Of a DNA stretch of 64,000 bases, positions 55,852 through 64,000 are shown piece after piece. The DNA lies in contig BOKX01000001.1 in assembly GCA_016861205.1 (NCBI GenBank), positions 456,539-520,538 on the forward strand, in the 5' to 3' direction. The notes beneath the pieces were generated by a model, which saw only the letters and a program-made list of their open reading frames with translations, searched no databases and was not told the DNA's origin. Each line of letters opens with the position of its first letter. The stretch's first letter is position 1. The stretch comes from Patescibacteria group bacterium. GTDB lineage: Bacteria; Patescibacteriota; Microgenomatia; UBA1400; PJMF01. Position numbers and translations under genes: made by a program.

Positions 55852-56403
55852 ATGGAAGCCAACCAATCAGTACCCACACCTGCTCTTGAACCCACTCCTC
55901 AGCCGAGTCAACCTGGCGTACTGCATTCGTTGGACATGGATCAGAAAGGCAGTGATATGAAGTCGTCAAAGAAAGTTGTAATGGTGCTGGCTGTGGTCAT
56001 GATCGCAGCGGGCATTGGCACAGGTGTCGGCGTTGCTAAACTTCAAGGCAAGAGCGTACCAGGGGCACCTAGCTCTGCTCAACCAATTCAACAGGTGGCC
56101 GGTAACCAGGTCAAAGCGGGTGACGTGTTTGGTGTGCCCGATGAGAAAACATTTAAAGACAGCGCCGAAGGTTATCTTGAAGCCGGCGGTCTCGACGGTG
56201 AAGGTTCACACCACCTCCTGCGTGAAGGTGGAGTATCTCAAACAGTTTACTTAACTTCTTCGGTAACAGATCTGAGTAAGTTTGAAGGTATGACCGTAAA
56301 AGTTTGGGGTGAAACCTTTAAAGCCCAAAAAGCTGGCTGGTTGATGGACGTAGGCCGTGTTCAGGTCGTCAACCCTCAAGGCCAAGCCCCCAGTGAGGAG
56401 TAA
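55852..56403 (+). CDS. Hypothetical single-TM protein with a beta-rich (OB-fold-like) C-terminal domain
   Basis: One TM then EGSHHL..VYLTSSVTDL..VKVWGETF..GWLMDVGRV; directly upstream of ftsE. Confidence 0.7.
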   Translation: MEANQSVPTPALEPTPQPSQPGVLHSLDMDQKGSDMKSSKKVVMVLAVVMIAAGIGTGVGVAKLQGKSVPGAPSSAQPIQQVAGNQVKAGDVFGVPDEKTFKDSAEGYLEAGGLDGEGSHHLLREGGVSQTVYLTSSVTDLSKFEGMTVKVWGETFKAQKAGWLMDVGRVQVVNPQGQAPSEE

Positions 56404-56411
56404 CTACGCAC

Positions 56412-57224
56412 ATGATAGTGTTTGACAAAGTCACCAAACGCTTTGGTGATGACACGTTTGCATTGCACGATGTGTCATTCGAAGTTGATCCCGGTGAGTT
56501 TGTGTTTTTAACTGGTCCGTCGGGTAGTGGCAAAACCACGGTCATGAGATTACTGACCCGCGAGTACACACCGAGTGAAGGTGAGATTACTTTTGGCGAA
56601 ACGCCATTGCATGAACTAAAGTCAAACCAAGTTTTTCAGCACCGCCGCCAAATAGGGGTAATCTTCCAAGATTACAAACTGTTAAGCGACTCTAACGTTT
56701 GGGAAAACATTGCTCTGCCGCTGTACATCATTGGCAAGTCACAAGCCGAGATCGAATCAAGGGTGACCGACTTGCTCAAGTTGGTCAACTTGGTTGATAA
56801 AGCCTACCTCTTCCCTAGCCAACTTTCAGGTGGTGAAGCCCAACGCGTCAGTATTGCCCGAGCCTTAGCTACAGGACCTCGGGTCATTTTCGCTGATGAA
56901 CCTACGGGTAACCTCGATCCAGAGACCTCGCTCAGCATTGCCAAGCTCCTTCATAAGATTAATCAGCTTGGTACCACAGTCTTGCTAGCTACACATGATA
57001 CTGGTGTGCTGGACTCACTCAAAAGCGAACGCCGGCTCCACCTCGACAAAGGCAAGCTCGTCAAAGACAGCCACGCGGGTAAAAAGCCAAAGCGTAAACC
57101 AGTGCCAGTCAAAGTTGACCCCGAACAACCAGACACGCCTGATGAGTCTGATGCGAAAAAAGACCCGACCGATGACCACCAACCAACTGAAGTACATGTT
57201 GAAAACTTGGATGGAGCCAAATGA
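56412..57224 (+). CDS. ftsE: Cell division ATP-binding protein FtsE
   Basis: GPSGSGKTT, IGVIFQDYKLL, LSGGEAQRVSIARA, ADEPTGNLDP, ATHD; followed by ftsX. Confidence 0.92.
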   Translation: MIVFDKVTKRFGDDTFALHDVSFEVDPGEFVFLTGPSGSGKTTVMRLLTREYTPSEGEITFGETPLHELKSNQVFQHRRQIGVIFQDYKLLSDSNVWENIALPLYIIGKSQAEIESRVTDLLKLVNLVDKAYLFPSQLSGGEAQRVSIARALATGPRVIFADEPTGNLDPETSLSIAKLLHKINQLGTTVLLATHDTGVLDSLKSERRLHLDKGKLVKDSHAGKKPKRKPVPVKVDPEQPDTPDESDAKKDPTDDHQPTEVHVENLDGAK

Positions 57225-58090
57225 AATCATTCAGTTCAGCTTTGGTTGGTATGCGACGCTCACCCTATCAGAGCTTGGCTGCTGTAATCATGGTGACCTT
57301 GACGTTCTTCGTAGGCTACGCTTTTTCATTGTTTATCATCGGAGCTGAGCGCATTTTGCAGTACTTTGAGACCCAACCACAGGTCATTGCGTTCTTCACC
57401 CTGGATGCTGACCCCACCACTATCGAGACTGCAGCCAAAACCATGCAGTCCAAGTCATACGTTGAGAAAGTAACAGTCGTCGATAAACAAAAAGCCCTCG
57501 AGTTGTACCAACAAGATAATCAGGACGACCCGTTGCTGCTTGAACTCGTCACGGCTGAAATCCTACCGGCCAGCATTGAGGTCTCGGGGAAAACTGCTGC
57601 TGACTTACCCAAAATCAAAGAAGATCTCAACCAGATTAGTCAAATCGATGAGGTCATTTTCCAACAAGATATTATCGAGTCACTGACCAGCTGGACGCGA
57701 GCCGTGCGACTGATTGGTTTGGGTAGCACAGTTGTTTTAGCAGTCAGTTCGTTTTTGACGGTGCTTGTCATCATCGGCATCAAAGTCACGATCAAGAAGC
57801 AGGCTATCAACATCATGCGTATGATCGGCGCGACTCGTTGGTACATTACCTTACCATTCTTTTATGAAGGTATGGTCTACGGCTTAGTTGGTTCTTTGAT
57901 CGGCTGGGGATTCATGTACGGCTTGTTGTTGTACCTGACTCCTTGGTTAAAGAATTTTTTGGGCAGTATTGCCGTCCTGCCAGTGCCATGGGAACTCCTC
58001 GGCTTACAGCTTGCTGCTGGTAGCTTCTTGGGTATGGTATTAGGTGGATTGACCGGAATTATCGCCACCCGCCGGTTAATCCGACGATAG
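57221..58090 (+). CDS. ftsX: Cell division permease FtsX
   Basis: TM1, large loop with LPASIEV, three C-terminal TMs; IMRMIGATRWYI..PF..EG. Confidence 0.92.
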   Translation: MKSFSSALVGMRRSPYQSLAAVIMVTLTFFVGYAFSLFIIGAERILQYFETQPQVIAFFTLDADPTTIETAAKTMQSKSYVEKVTVVDKQKALELYQQDNQDDPLLLELVTAEILPASIEVSGKTAADLPKIKEDLNQISQIDEVIFQQDIIESLTSWTRAVRLIGLGSTVVLAVSSFLTVLVIIGIKVTIKKQAINIMRMIGATRWYITLPFFYEGMVYGLVGSLIGWGFMYGLLLYLTPWLKNFLGSIAVLPVPWELLGLQLAAGSFLGMVLGGLTGIIATRRLIRR

Positions 58091-58099
58091 GTTCAAGTC

Positions 58100-59344
58100 A
58101 TGCGCATATTGCGATCTCGCCAGCTACCACTGCTGACTCTGTTGGGGTTGGTGGTTGGTTTGGGGCTGGCGGCCTTTCCTCCCCTCACTCAGCACATCCG
58201 TGCGGCCGAAAACTGCGAGCTGATTAGCTGTAACAAAGACACCCAATCAGATGATGATTTTTTATCGTGCAACAAACGCAAACAAACGTGTTGGGAAGAA
58301 AAAATTCGGGATGCCAAAAATGCCAGTAACACTTTGGCAAACACCATCTCAATTCTGAACGGTCAGATTCAAGTCCAACAACTGCAGATCGACCAAACCC
58401 TTGCTGAAATTCGCCAGTTGGAGCGAGAAATCGATGACTTAACCAAACGCATTTCTGGCCTGAACATCTCGCTCGATCGCCTAACCACGGTGTTGGTTCA
58501 GCGAGTCCAAGCCCAGTACAAACGCAGTTACTTAACTCCTTTCTCAGCAATTTTGGCTTCCCAAGACTTTACTCGCAGTTTGGCTCAACACAAATACGTC
58601 ACTCATGCCCAGGACCAAACAGCACAGGTCATGCAACAAGCTGAAACCCAAAAACAAACCTATGACCAGCAAAAAGCCCTCAAAGAAACCAAGCAAGCTG
58701 AGGTCGAGAAAAAACAAGCTCAGCTAGAACAACAACGGCAAGGTCTGACCAAACAACGCTCAGAACAACAGTTCCTGCTACAACAAACCAAAAATGATGA
58801 GGCTCGCTATCAACGGGAACTGGAAAAAACCTTGGCTGAGCTTGAAGCTATCCAATCCATCATTGCTGGTCGTGGTAACGAATCAGAAGTCAAAGACGTC
58901 CAACAAGGTGATCAAATTGCCTCGATCATTGTTGGTGCCTCTGCTTGTTCAACAGGCTCTCACTTACACTTTGAAGTTGTCAAAGACGGCAGTCACCGTG
59001 ACCCAGCCGGCTACCTAAGATCAATCGATGCCGCTTGGCAGAATCAACCGGACTCATCATTCGGATTCGGGGGTGATTGGGAATGGCCGCTGAACAATCC
59101 CGCTAAGATCAACCAAGGCTACGGCATGACCTACTATGCGAGAGTACGTCGCGCGTACGGCGGGGCACCTCATACTGGCATTGATATGATCAGCAAATCC
59201 TCGGGCGATTACTCCGTCAAAGCCGTGAAACCAGGCAAGTTATATCGTGGTAGTATTCCATGCGGCGGTGGCACTCTACGCTACGTCCGCGTCGCCCACA
59301 AAGACGACGGCATGAACACGTACTATCTACACGTTAACTACTAG
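58100..59344 (+). CDS. FtsEX-associated coiled-coil murein hydrolase with circularly permuted M23 domain
   Basis: Signal peptide and long coiled coil; STGSHLHFEV precedes HTGID and YYLH. Confidence 0.82.
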   Translation: MRILRSRQLPLLTLLGLVVGLGLAAFPPLTQHIRAAENCELISCNKDTQSDDDFLSCNKRKQTCWEEKIRDAKNASNTLANTISILNGQIQVQQLQIDQTLAEIRQLEREIDDLTKRISGLNISLDRLTTVLVQRVQAQYKRSYLTPFSAILASQDFTRSLAQHKYVTHAQDQTAQVMQQAETQKQTYDQQKALKETKQAEVEKKQAQLEQQRQGLTKQRSEQQFLLQQTKNDEARYQRELEKTLAELEAIQSIIAGRGNESEVKDVQQGDQIASIIVGASACSTGSHLHFEVVKDGSHRDPAGYLRSIDAAWQNQPDSSFGFGGDWEWPLNNPAKINQGYGMTYYARVRRAYGGAPHTGIDMISKSSGDYSVKAVKPGKLYRGSIPCGGGTLRYVRVAHKDDGMNTYYLHVNY

Positions 59345-59368
59345 AGAAAATTTCTGTCTCAGCACCAA

Positions 59369-60868
59369 CTACTCAGCACTCGGCAACACCGTTCGCTTTT
59401 CAACAGTCAGCAAGCCAAAGATTTGGGTCGAGAGTAACTGAGTCGGACCCAGTTCTTCGGTCCACTTTTTGATCCAAAACGGTTCCACCGCTTTCTCAAT
59501 CACTACGTAGATAATTTGGGCGCCGTCACTGGTATCTTGTGGGTACCAATAGCTGTGCAAGTATCGCCAACCTTGATCTTGGAAGTAGGGAATGCTAAAC
59601 GCTTGCAACCGATAGGGCTGACCGGCGGCATCCTGGTGAACATACGCCAGCAACCGGCGTTGGTCAGCCAGGTTTAAGTCATCTTGAATAGTTCTAAAAA
59701 AAACGTCACGGTTCTGGGAGTAGTTCTGCCACAGTGGCCACCAGGTACTTACCAGCAAAGCGACCGCGGCCATCGCCACTACCTTACCCCACATTGGCCG
59801 CCACCAGGCTTGAATAGCCAAAACCCACAACCAAATTACGCTCAAACCCGTGCCAATATAGAGCTGCGGCAGGCTCAGTGAGCGCGGAAACAACATGACC
59901 GGTGCCGTCATTAACCACCATGCTAAACAAAACAAAATGGCAGGTTGAGATTTTTTATGTCGCCAAGCCATGATCACGCCACTCACCATCACCACTAGTG
60001 TTGCCCACCACCGCCAGTCTGCTGCACCCAACAGGTTGCGATGTGTCAATCGAAGTAGTTGCTGGCCGTAACCTACAACTGAACGCGAAAGAGAGCTTGC
60101 CCCCGTCTGATGGTTAGCTTCATTGAGGTACGCTAAGGTTGAGTGCCAGCTGATCCAGTCATTTCGCAGATTAAACAGGAGCATTGGTACGTACCAAAAA
60201 CCCGCGGCCGCCAAACTACCCAGCCAAGCTCTGGCGCTCGGCTTTGGCAGCCACTGCGTCGCCAGCAGTACCACTGCTATCCATCCGAACCAGAGCGTCA
60301 AGATGATTTCAAACTGAGCCGTTAAGCCAGCTACGCCGGCACCCACAATCCACCACCACTCTTGCTTGGTTTTACGAAACTGCCACCAGCACCACATCAC
60401 CACTGGCACGCCCAAAAAAGCTGGAGTCACATTTGAAAGCCAACGACTATAGTGGAGCGCTTCGTAACTAATAATACTCAAAAAAGCCCCCACTGTTGCC
60501 CATTTTGTGGAACCAGTCAGCTCGCGACCTAAGAACCACATCACCACTGGCACAAAAGCTGTTAAGAACACCAAGCTGAAACTAGCAACTAACGGATTGC
60601 CACCACTTAAACCGTAGGGAATCGCCATTAAGTAGTAGTACCAGGCCCCATGGAACAACCCACCGATGTCGGTTTTAGGCCCCACCAGCACAAAGTCGCC
60701 TGACTTGACTATGGCCATGCTAGCCATGGCATCACGACCTTGCTCAAACCCGAAAAACAGATCGACCGGTAAGCGATACCAATGCAGAGTCACAGCCAAT
60801 CCAACCAACATAGCTGGTAGCCACCAACCAAGATATTTCTGCAGGATTTTCCAGCGAGCGGTACGCAT
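59369..60868 (-). CDS. GT-C fold (ArnT-like) glycosyltransferase
   Basis: FGFEQGRD..LVGPKT..FHGAWYYYL; SRW; many TMs. Confidence 0.8.
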   Translation of the reverse strand: MRTARWKILQKYLGWWLPAMLVGLAVTLHWYRLPVDLFFGFEQGRDAMASMAIVKSGDFVLVGPKTDIGGLFHGAWYYYLMAIPYGLSGGNPLVASFSLVFLTAFVPVVMWFLGRELTGSTKWATVGAFLSIISYEALHYSRWLSNVTPAFLGVPVVMWCWWQFRKTKQEWWWIVGAGVAGLTAQFEIILTLWFGWIAVVLLATQWLPKPSARAWLGSLAAAGFWYVPMLLFNLRNDWISWHSTLAYLNEANHQTGASSLSRSVVGYGQQLLRLTHRNLLGAADWRWWATLVVMVSGVIMAWRHKKSQPAILFCLAWWLMTAPVMLFPRSLSLPQLYIGTGLSVIWLWVLAIQAWWRPMWGKVVAMAAVALLVSTWWPLWQNYSQNRDVFFRTIQDDLNLADQRRLLAYVHQDAAGQPYRLQAFSIPYFQDQGWRYLHSYWYPQDTSDGAQIIYVVIEKAVEPFWIKKWTEELGPTQLLSTQIFGLLTVEKRTVLPSAE

Positions 60869-60877
60869 AGTTACAAG

Positions 60878-62656
60878 TTAAGGCTGATACCGATAGACTA
60901 CCCAAATTACATGGCCACGTCTATCCCGAATTGTAGTCAACGTTTCAACATGACCTCGATTAATCATATCGAGCCAACCTTGTTCATTTGAAGCTACTAA
61001 ACCTGGTCCGGTGATCTCAGCAACCGACTTGATTGCCACCCAGTTGTCGTACTCTACAAACTCACCATCATCCAACTTGGAGGTAGCCTCAGCGGTTTGG
61101 ACTTGCCGAGGATCAACTTGGCCATAAAACCAGTAATACATGAGTGGTCGACCTTGATCGCGAGTAATCCAAATCCGCTGTTCTGAACTTTCCGCTCGTA
61201 GTTTCATCAACGTGGGAATTAACTCTTGGTAACCAACTTGCCAATCGGCACCATACACAGCAGGATAGATTTGGGTGTAGTATCGCCAAAACAACGCGAG
61301 CTGACAAATGTATGCTCCAATAACTGTTACCACAAAAACCTGACGTGACCAACGCGTTAGCGCTCTGAGAGATTTAAACTTCACCCACTTAGCGAGTAAC
61401 TCAGCCCACCACTCACCAATTGCCCACCACCCAGTAGCAATAACAATCATAAGCGCAGGAGCGCCGGGTAACGTTCTGAGTGCGTGTGGGCTACCAAAAG
61501 TAATGGCCGCCGGCACCAGGCTAAACCACCACCAACCTAAAATCAGGGCAGCACCTCTGGTTCGCCGCTTTACGAGTACTAACGTTCCCACCACCAAAGC
61601 CACTACTTCAAGATAGTAGAGTTGACCCATAAACTGAATCGAGTGCCGAGCGTTGTGATCACCACGAATAAACAGAAACTGCGGTGACAAGTGACTAAGG
61701 TAGTTTTTTACAATCTCCCGGCCAAGGACAATTTGGCGATGATAAAAAAACTTTGCCCACGGATCCGCAGCCTCAGCTTGCAACTGAGCACTTTCCAAAA
61801 TATGGTCTGGACGAGCGAGTAAACTCGTTTGGGCAATGCGTTGTTGGACCACTGGCGACGTACTGGCTTGCCACAACGGCCAAATCGTGATTCCTAATAC
61901 CAAGGCGTAACCAACAGCCCATACTCCCCAAGTTTTTAGCAACCATAACCAACCCTTTGGCCACCATAGCCATATCGCTAGCACTGCTAACCACAGCCCC
62001 ATTGCTGGAGCAATTACTCGAGTAGCATGATAGGTGTACATGCTGGCTACGCATAGCAAAATCACCACTCCCCAACCCAAACGGTCTATCACCCGTGGCG
62101 GCCGGTCATACCGTGATAACTCCCAGCTCGCAACTGCGATAGCCAACGTTAACCAAGCTGTCGCCATGTTCACTTCCCAACCACCTCGCGAAAATTGAAT
62201 CAACCAAGGTGAAATCGCAGCCACTCCAGCTACAGTTGCCGCCCACCACCACTTTTCATTGTTTGACAACTGACGCTGCCGGCCCAAAAGACTTTGACTC
62301 CAACTGCTGGCCAACCAAGCAGTGGCTAGCACAGTAATCACTCCTGCGATGGCTGATGGCAATCGAACTGCCCAAGCTCCCAATGGCAAAATTTGCAACC
62401 ACGGAACAATCATGTAAAAGTAACCACTGGGCTTAAAGTCACCAAATGACTCAAAGGCGACGATTGGCCAGGGTTGGCCGTGATGATCCAGACCAGTTTT
62501 TACCAAAGAGTAGGCATCATAGCCTAAAGCCACCTCTTCCCAATACAGTGAAACTGGCCATGCATCCAGCCGGATCAATCGCAGAGCTGCTGCAAGCAAC
62601 ACTGCGCTCACCAACGCCAAAATCGGCCACCAGTGGTTCTTAAGGGTGCGGATCAT
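60878..62656 (-). CDS. GT-C fold (ArnT-like) glycosyltransferase
   Basis: YWEEVALGYDAYSL..TG.D.HG..P..FESFGDFKP; ISPWLIQFSR; PHALR; ATG 62656 preferred. Confidence 0.83.
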   Translation of the reverse strand: MIRTLKNHWWPILALVSAVLLAAALRLIRLDAWPVSLYWEEVALGYDAYSLVKTGLDHHGQPWPIVAFESFGDFKPSGYFYMIVPWLQILPLGAWAVRLPSAIAGVITVLATAWLASSWSQSLLGRQRQLSNNEKWWWAATVAGVAAISPWLIQFSRGGWEVNMATAWLTLAIAVASWELSRYDRPPRVIDRLGWGVVILLCVASMYTYHATRVIAPAMGLWLAVLAIWLWWPKGWLWLLKTWGVWAVGYALVLGITIWPLWQASTSPVVQQRIAQTSLLARPDHILESAQLQAEAADPWAKFFYHRQIVLGREIVKNYLSHLSPQFLFIRGDHNARHSIQFMGQLYYLEVVALVVGTLVLVKRRTRGAALILGWWWFSLVPAAITFGSPHALRTLPGAPALMIVIATGWWAIGEWWAELLAKWVKFKSLRALTRWSRQVFVVTVIGAYICQLALFWRYYTQIYPAVYGADWQVGYQELIPTLMKLRAESSEQRIWITRDQGRPLMYYWFYGQVDPRQVQTAEATSKLDDGEFVEYDNWVAIKSVAEITGPGLVASNEQGWLDMINRGHVETLTTIRDRRGHVIWVVYRYQP

Positions 62657-64000
62657 AAATGTAAAACCTTGGTTTTGCATCGCTACCATACACGACATAG
62701 TTAGCTCGTTCCGGTGGTAACTCATCCTCGGGTGTAGCGACTACCACTGTCTGCTTTCGGTCTAAGTCTCCTATGTTAATGTGATCGCTAAATTCATACT
62801 TAATCAACGAGCCACCCTGATAGTAAATGGGATTCGTTTTTCGAACGAACAGGGCATATATGTAAGGCTGGCCGTAGCGACTTGAAAAAATAATTTTGCT
62901 GGCTTCAGGTAAGCCGTCACTGCCTTTCTCAAATGGCACGACATACTTGAAAGCCTCAATGTAGCCATCACTAAATGCAGCCGCAGACTCGCGAGCAAAC
63001 ACTGTGTAGTAGTGCCGAAGATATGACAAGAAAATAAAACCTGATACTAAAATACTCAAACCAATCACCATCGGCTTGAGTAAGTTTTGCTCACCGTGGG
63101 ATCCACGCCAATTTGGCCGATCGGGCACCTCATCCAACCAACGCATAGTCCGATCTATGCCGATGAGTGCTAATCCAAGGAATCCCGGTAAGGCCAACAA
63201 ACTTCGATTGCTATGCGGCACGTCGATTCCAATGATCGCGGGCACTAAACCAATCACAACCCATCCCAACATTACTCCCCACCACCTGCGAGCAGGCAGC
63301 CACTTCATGCCAGCGACAATCCCTAACACAACAGCCACTAACTCCAGCGGAAACAGGACACCCCACTGACCATCTCCATGACGCAGTGTTGGGGTTGCTC
63401 CGGCCACTAAAAACTGTGGTGAAAGATGAATCAATGTATGAGACCAAAGTTTAGCCACAACCTCACTCACTGGCCACCCCTTTGCAAACATACTGGCTTG
63501 CGCAAACCGCTCCCCTCCACTTCCCATCAATGTGTCTCGAACTAGCGGGAACAAAGCCGCCAAACTCAGAACACCAATTCCCAAAATCCAGATTGCCTTT
63601 CTGAGATACGATCGCCAACTTAGACAGAGCGTCAAACCTACCAGCAACGGCACCACAATCTTAGAGCTGTGATACGTGTAAATACTCGCCACTAATCCAA
63701 GCAAAGTCAGAGTTGCTGCTAGCCACTGTTGGCGCTTTTGCCAGCTACTGGTTTTGCTTGGCCAAGGATTGATAAGCCAACTCAACCCAACCATTCCCCA
63801 CAGCAAAAAACTCAGAGCCAGTCCGGATTCAAAGGCTACACGCGAGTAATGTAAATGCCACGGAGAAAATGCTAACAATCCTCCACCTAGTAAAATGGCC
63901 GTCGGTTTTGATAACTTCATTTCTGTCGGCCACCAACGGGAGATCAGCAGCATCCAAGCTGCGACAGCCGCAACACCAGCGATCGCAAATGGCAAACGAA
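62640..64000 (-). CDS. GT-C fold (ArnT-like) glycosyltransferase, 5' truncated by window edge
   Basis: FSPWHLHYSRVAFE, YTYHS, HLSPQFL, PHSNR, YGQPYIY; resembles the adjacent gene. Confidence 0.8.
   Translation of the reverse strand, partial: RLPFAIAGVAAVAAWMLLISRWWPTEMKLSKPTAILLGGGLLAFSPWHLHYSRVAFESGLALSFLLWGMVGLSWLINPWPSKTSSWQKRQQWLAATLTLLGLVASIYTYHSSKIVVPLLVGLTLCLSWRSYLRKAIWILGIGVLSLAALFPLVRDTLMGSGGERFAQASMFAKGWPVSEVVAKLWSHTLIHLSPQFLVAGATPTLRHGDGQWGVLFPLELVAVVLGIVAGMKWLPARRWWGVMLGWVVIGLVPAIIGIDVPHSNRSLLALPGFLGLALIGIDRTMRWLDEVPDRPNWRGSHGEQNLLKPMVIGLSILVSGFIFLSYLRHYYTVFARESAAAFSDGYIEAFKYVVPFEKGSDGLPEASKIIFSSRYGQPYIYALFVRKTNPIYYQGGSLIKYEFSDHINIGDLDRKQTVVVATPEDELPPERANYVVYGSDAKPRFYIYDPHP

Noticed and set aside
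1-64000. CRISPR array, rRNA, transposase, reverse transcriptase or prophage genes
   Set aside because: No regularly spaced repeats or diagnostic motifs were seen by eye.

Overview
This is a gene-dense 64 kb bacterial chromosome segment in standard code 11. Its gene repertoire, reduced proteins and short-leader promoters suggest Patescibacteria/CPR, probably Microgenomates-like (inference, not a database result). Housekeeping genes include metG, tatD, rmuC, a UvrD-nuclease fusion, recA, rny, secG, prfB, ftsEX, tRNA-Glu(CTC) and tRNA-Pro(GGG). Cell-surface glycobiology dominates, with about seven GT-C-type membrane glycosyltransferases and a WecA/UbiA/PMT cluster. A ~14.6 kb polysaccharide locus is headed by a 1621-aa fusion (GT2 + processive GT2 + Wzx-like flippase + GT4) and ends in a GH-A-like enzyme and a LANTG sortase substrate. 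An AT-rich islet at the 3' end of tRNA-Pro, bounded by a degenerate copy of the tRNA end, carries an Mrr-nuclease/STAND-ATPase/wHTH gene (candidate defence system) and a SHOCT pseudogene. Other notable items are a circularly permuted M23 peptidase after ftsEX, a sortase with all three catalytic residues replaced, an RNase Y lacking its transmembrane anchor, and two large unexplained intergenic fold-back structures (50818-50984 and 55662-55833). No CRISPR array, rRNA, transposase or intact integrase was seen. All family calls come from motif recognition by eye.
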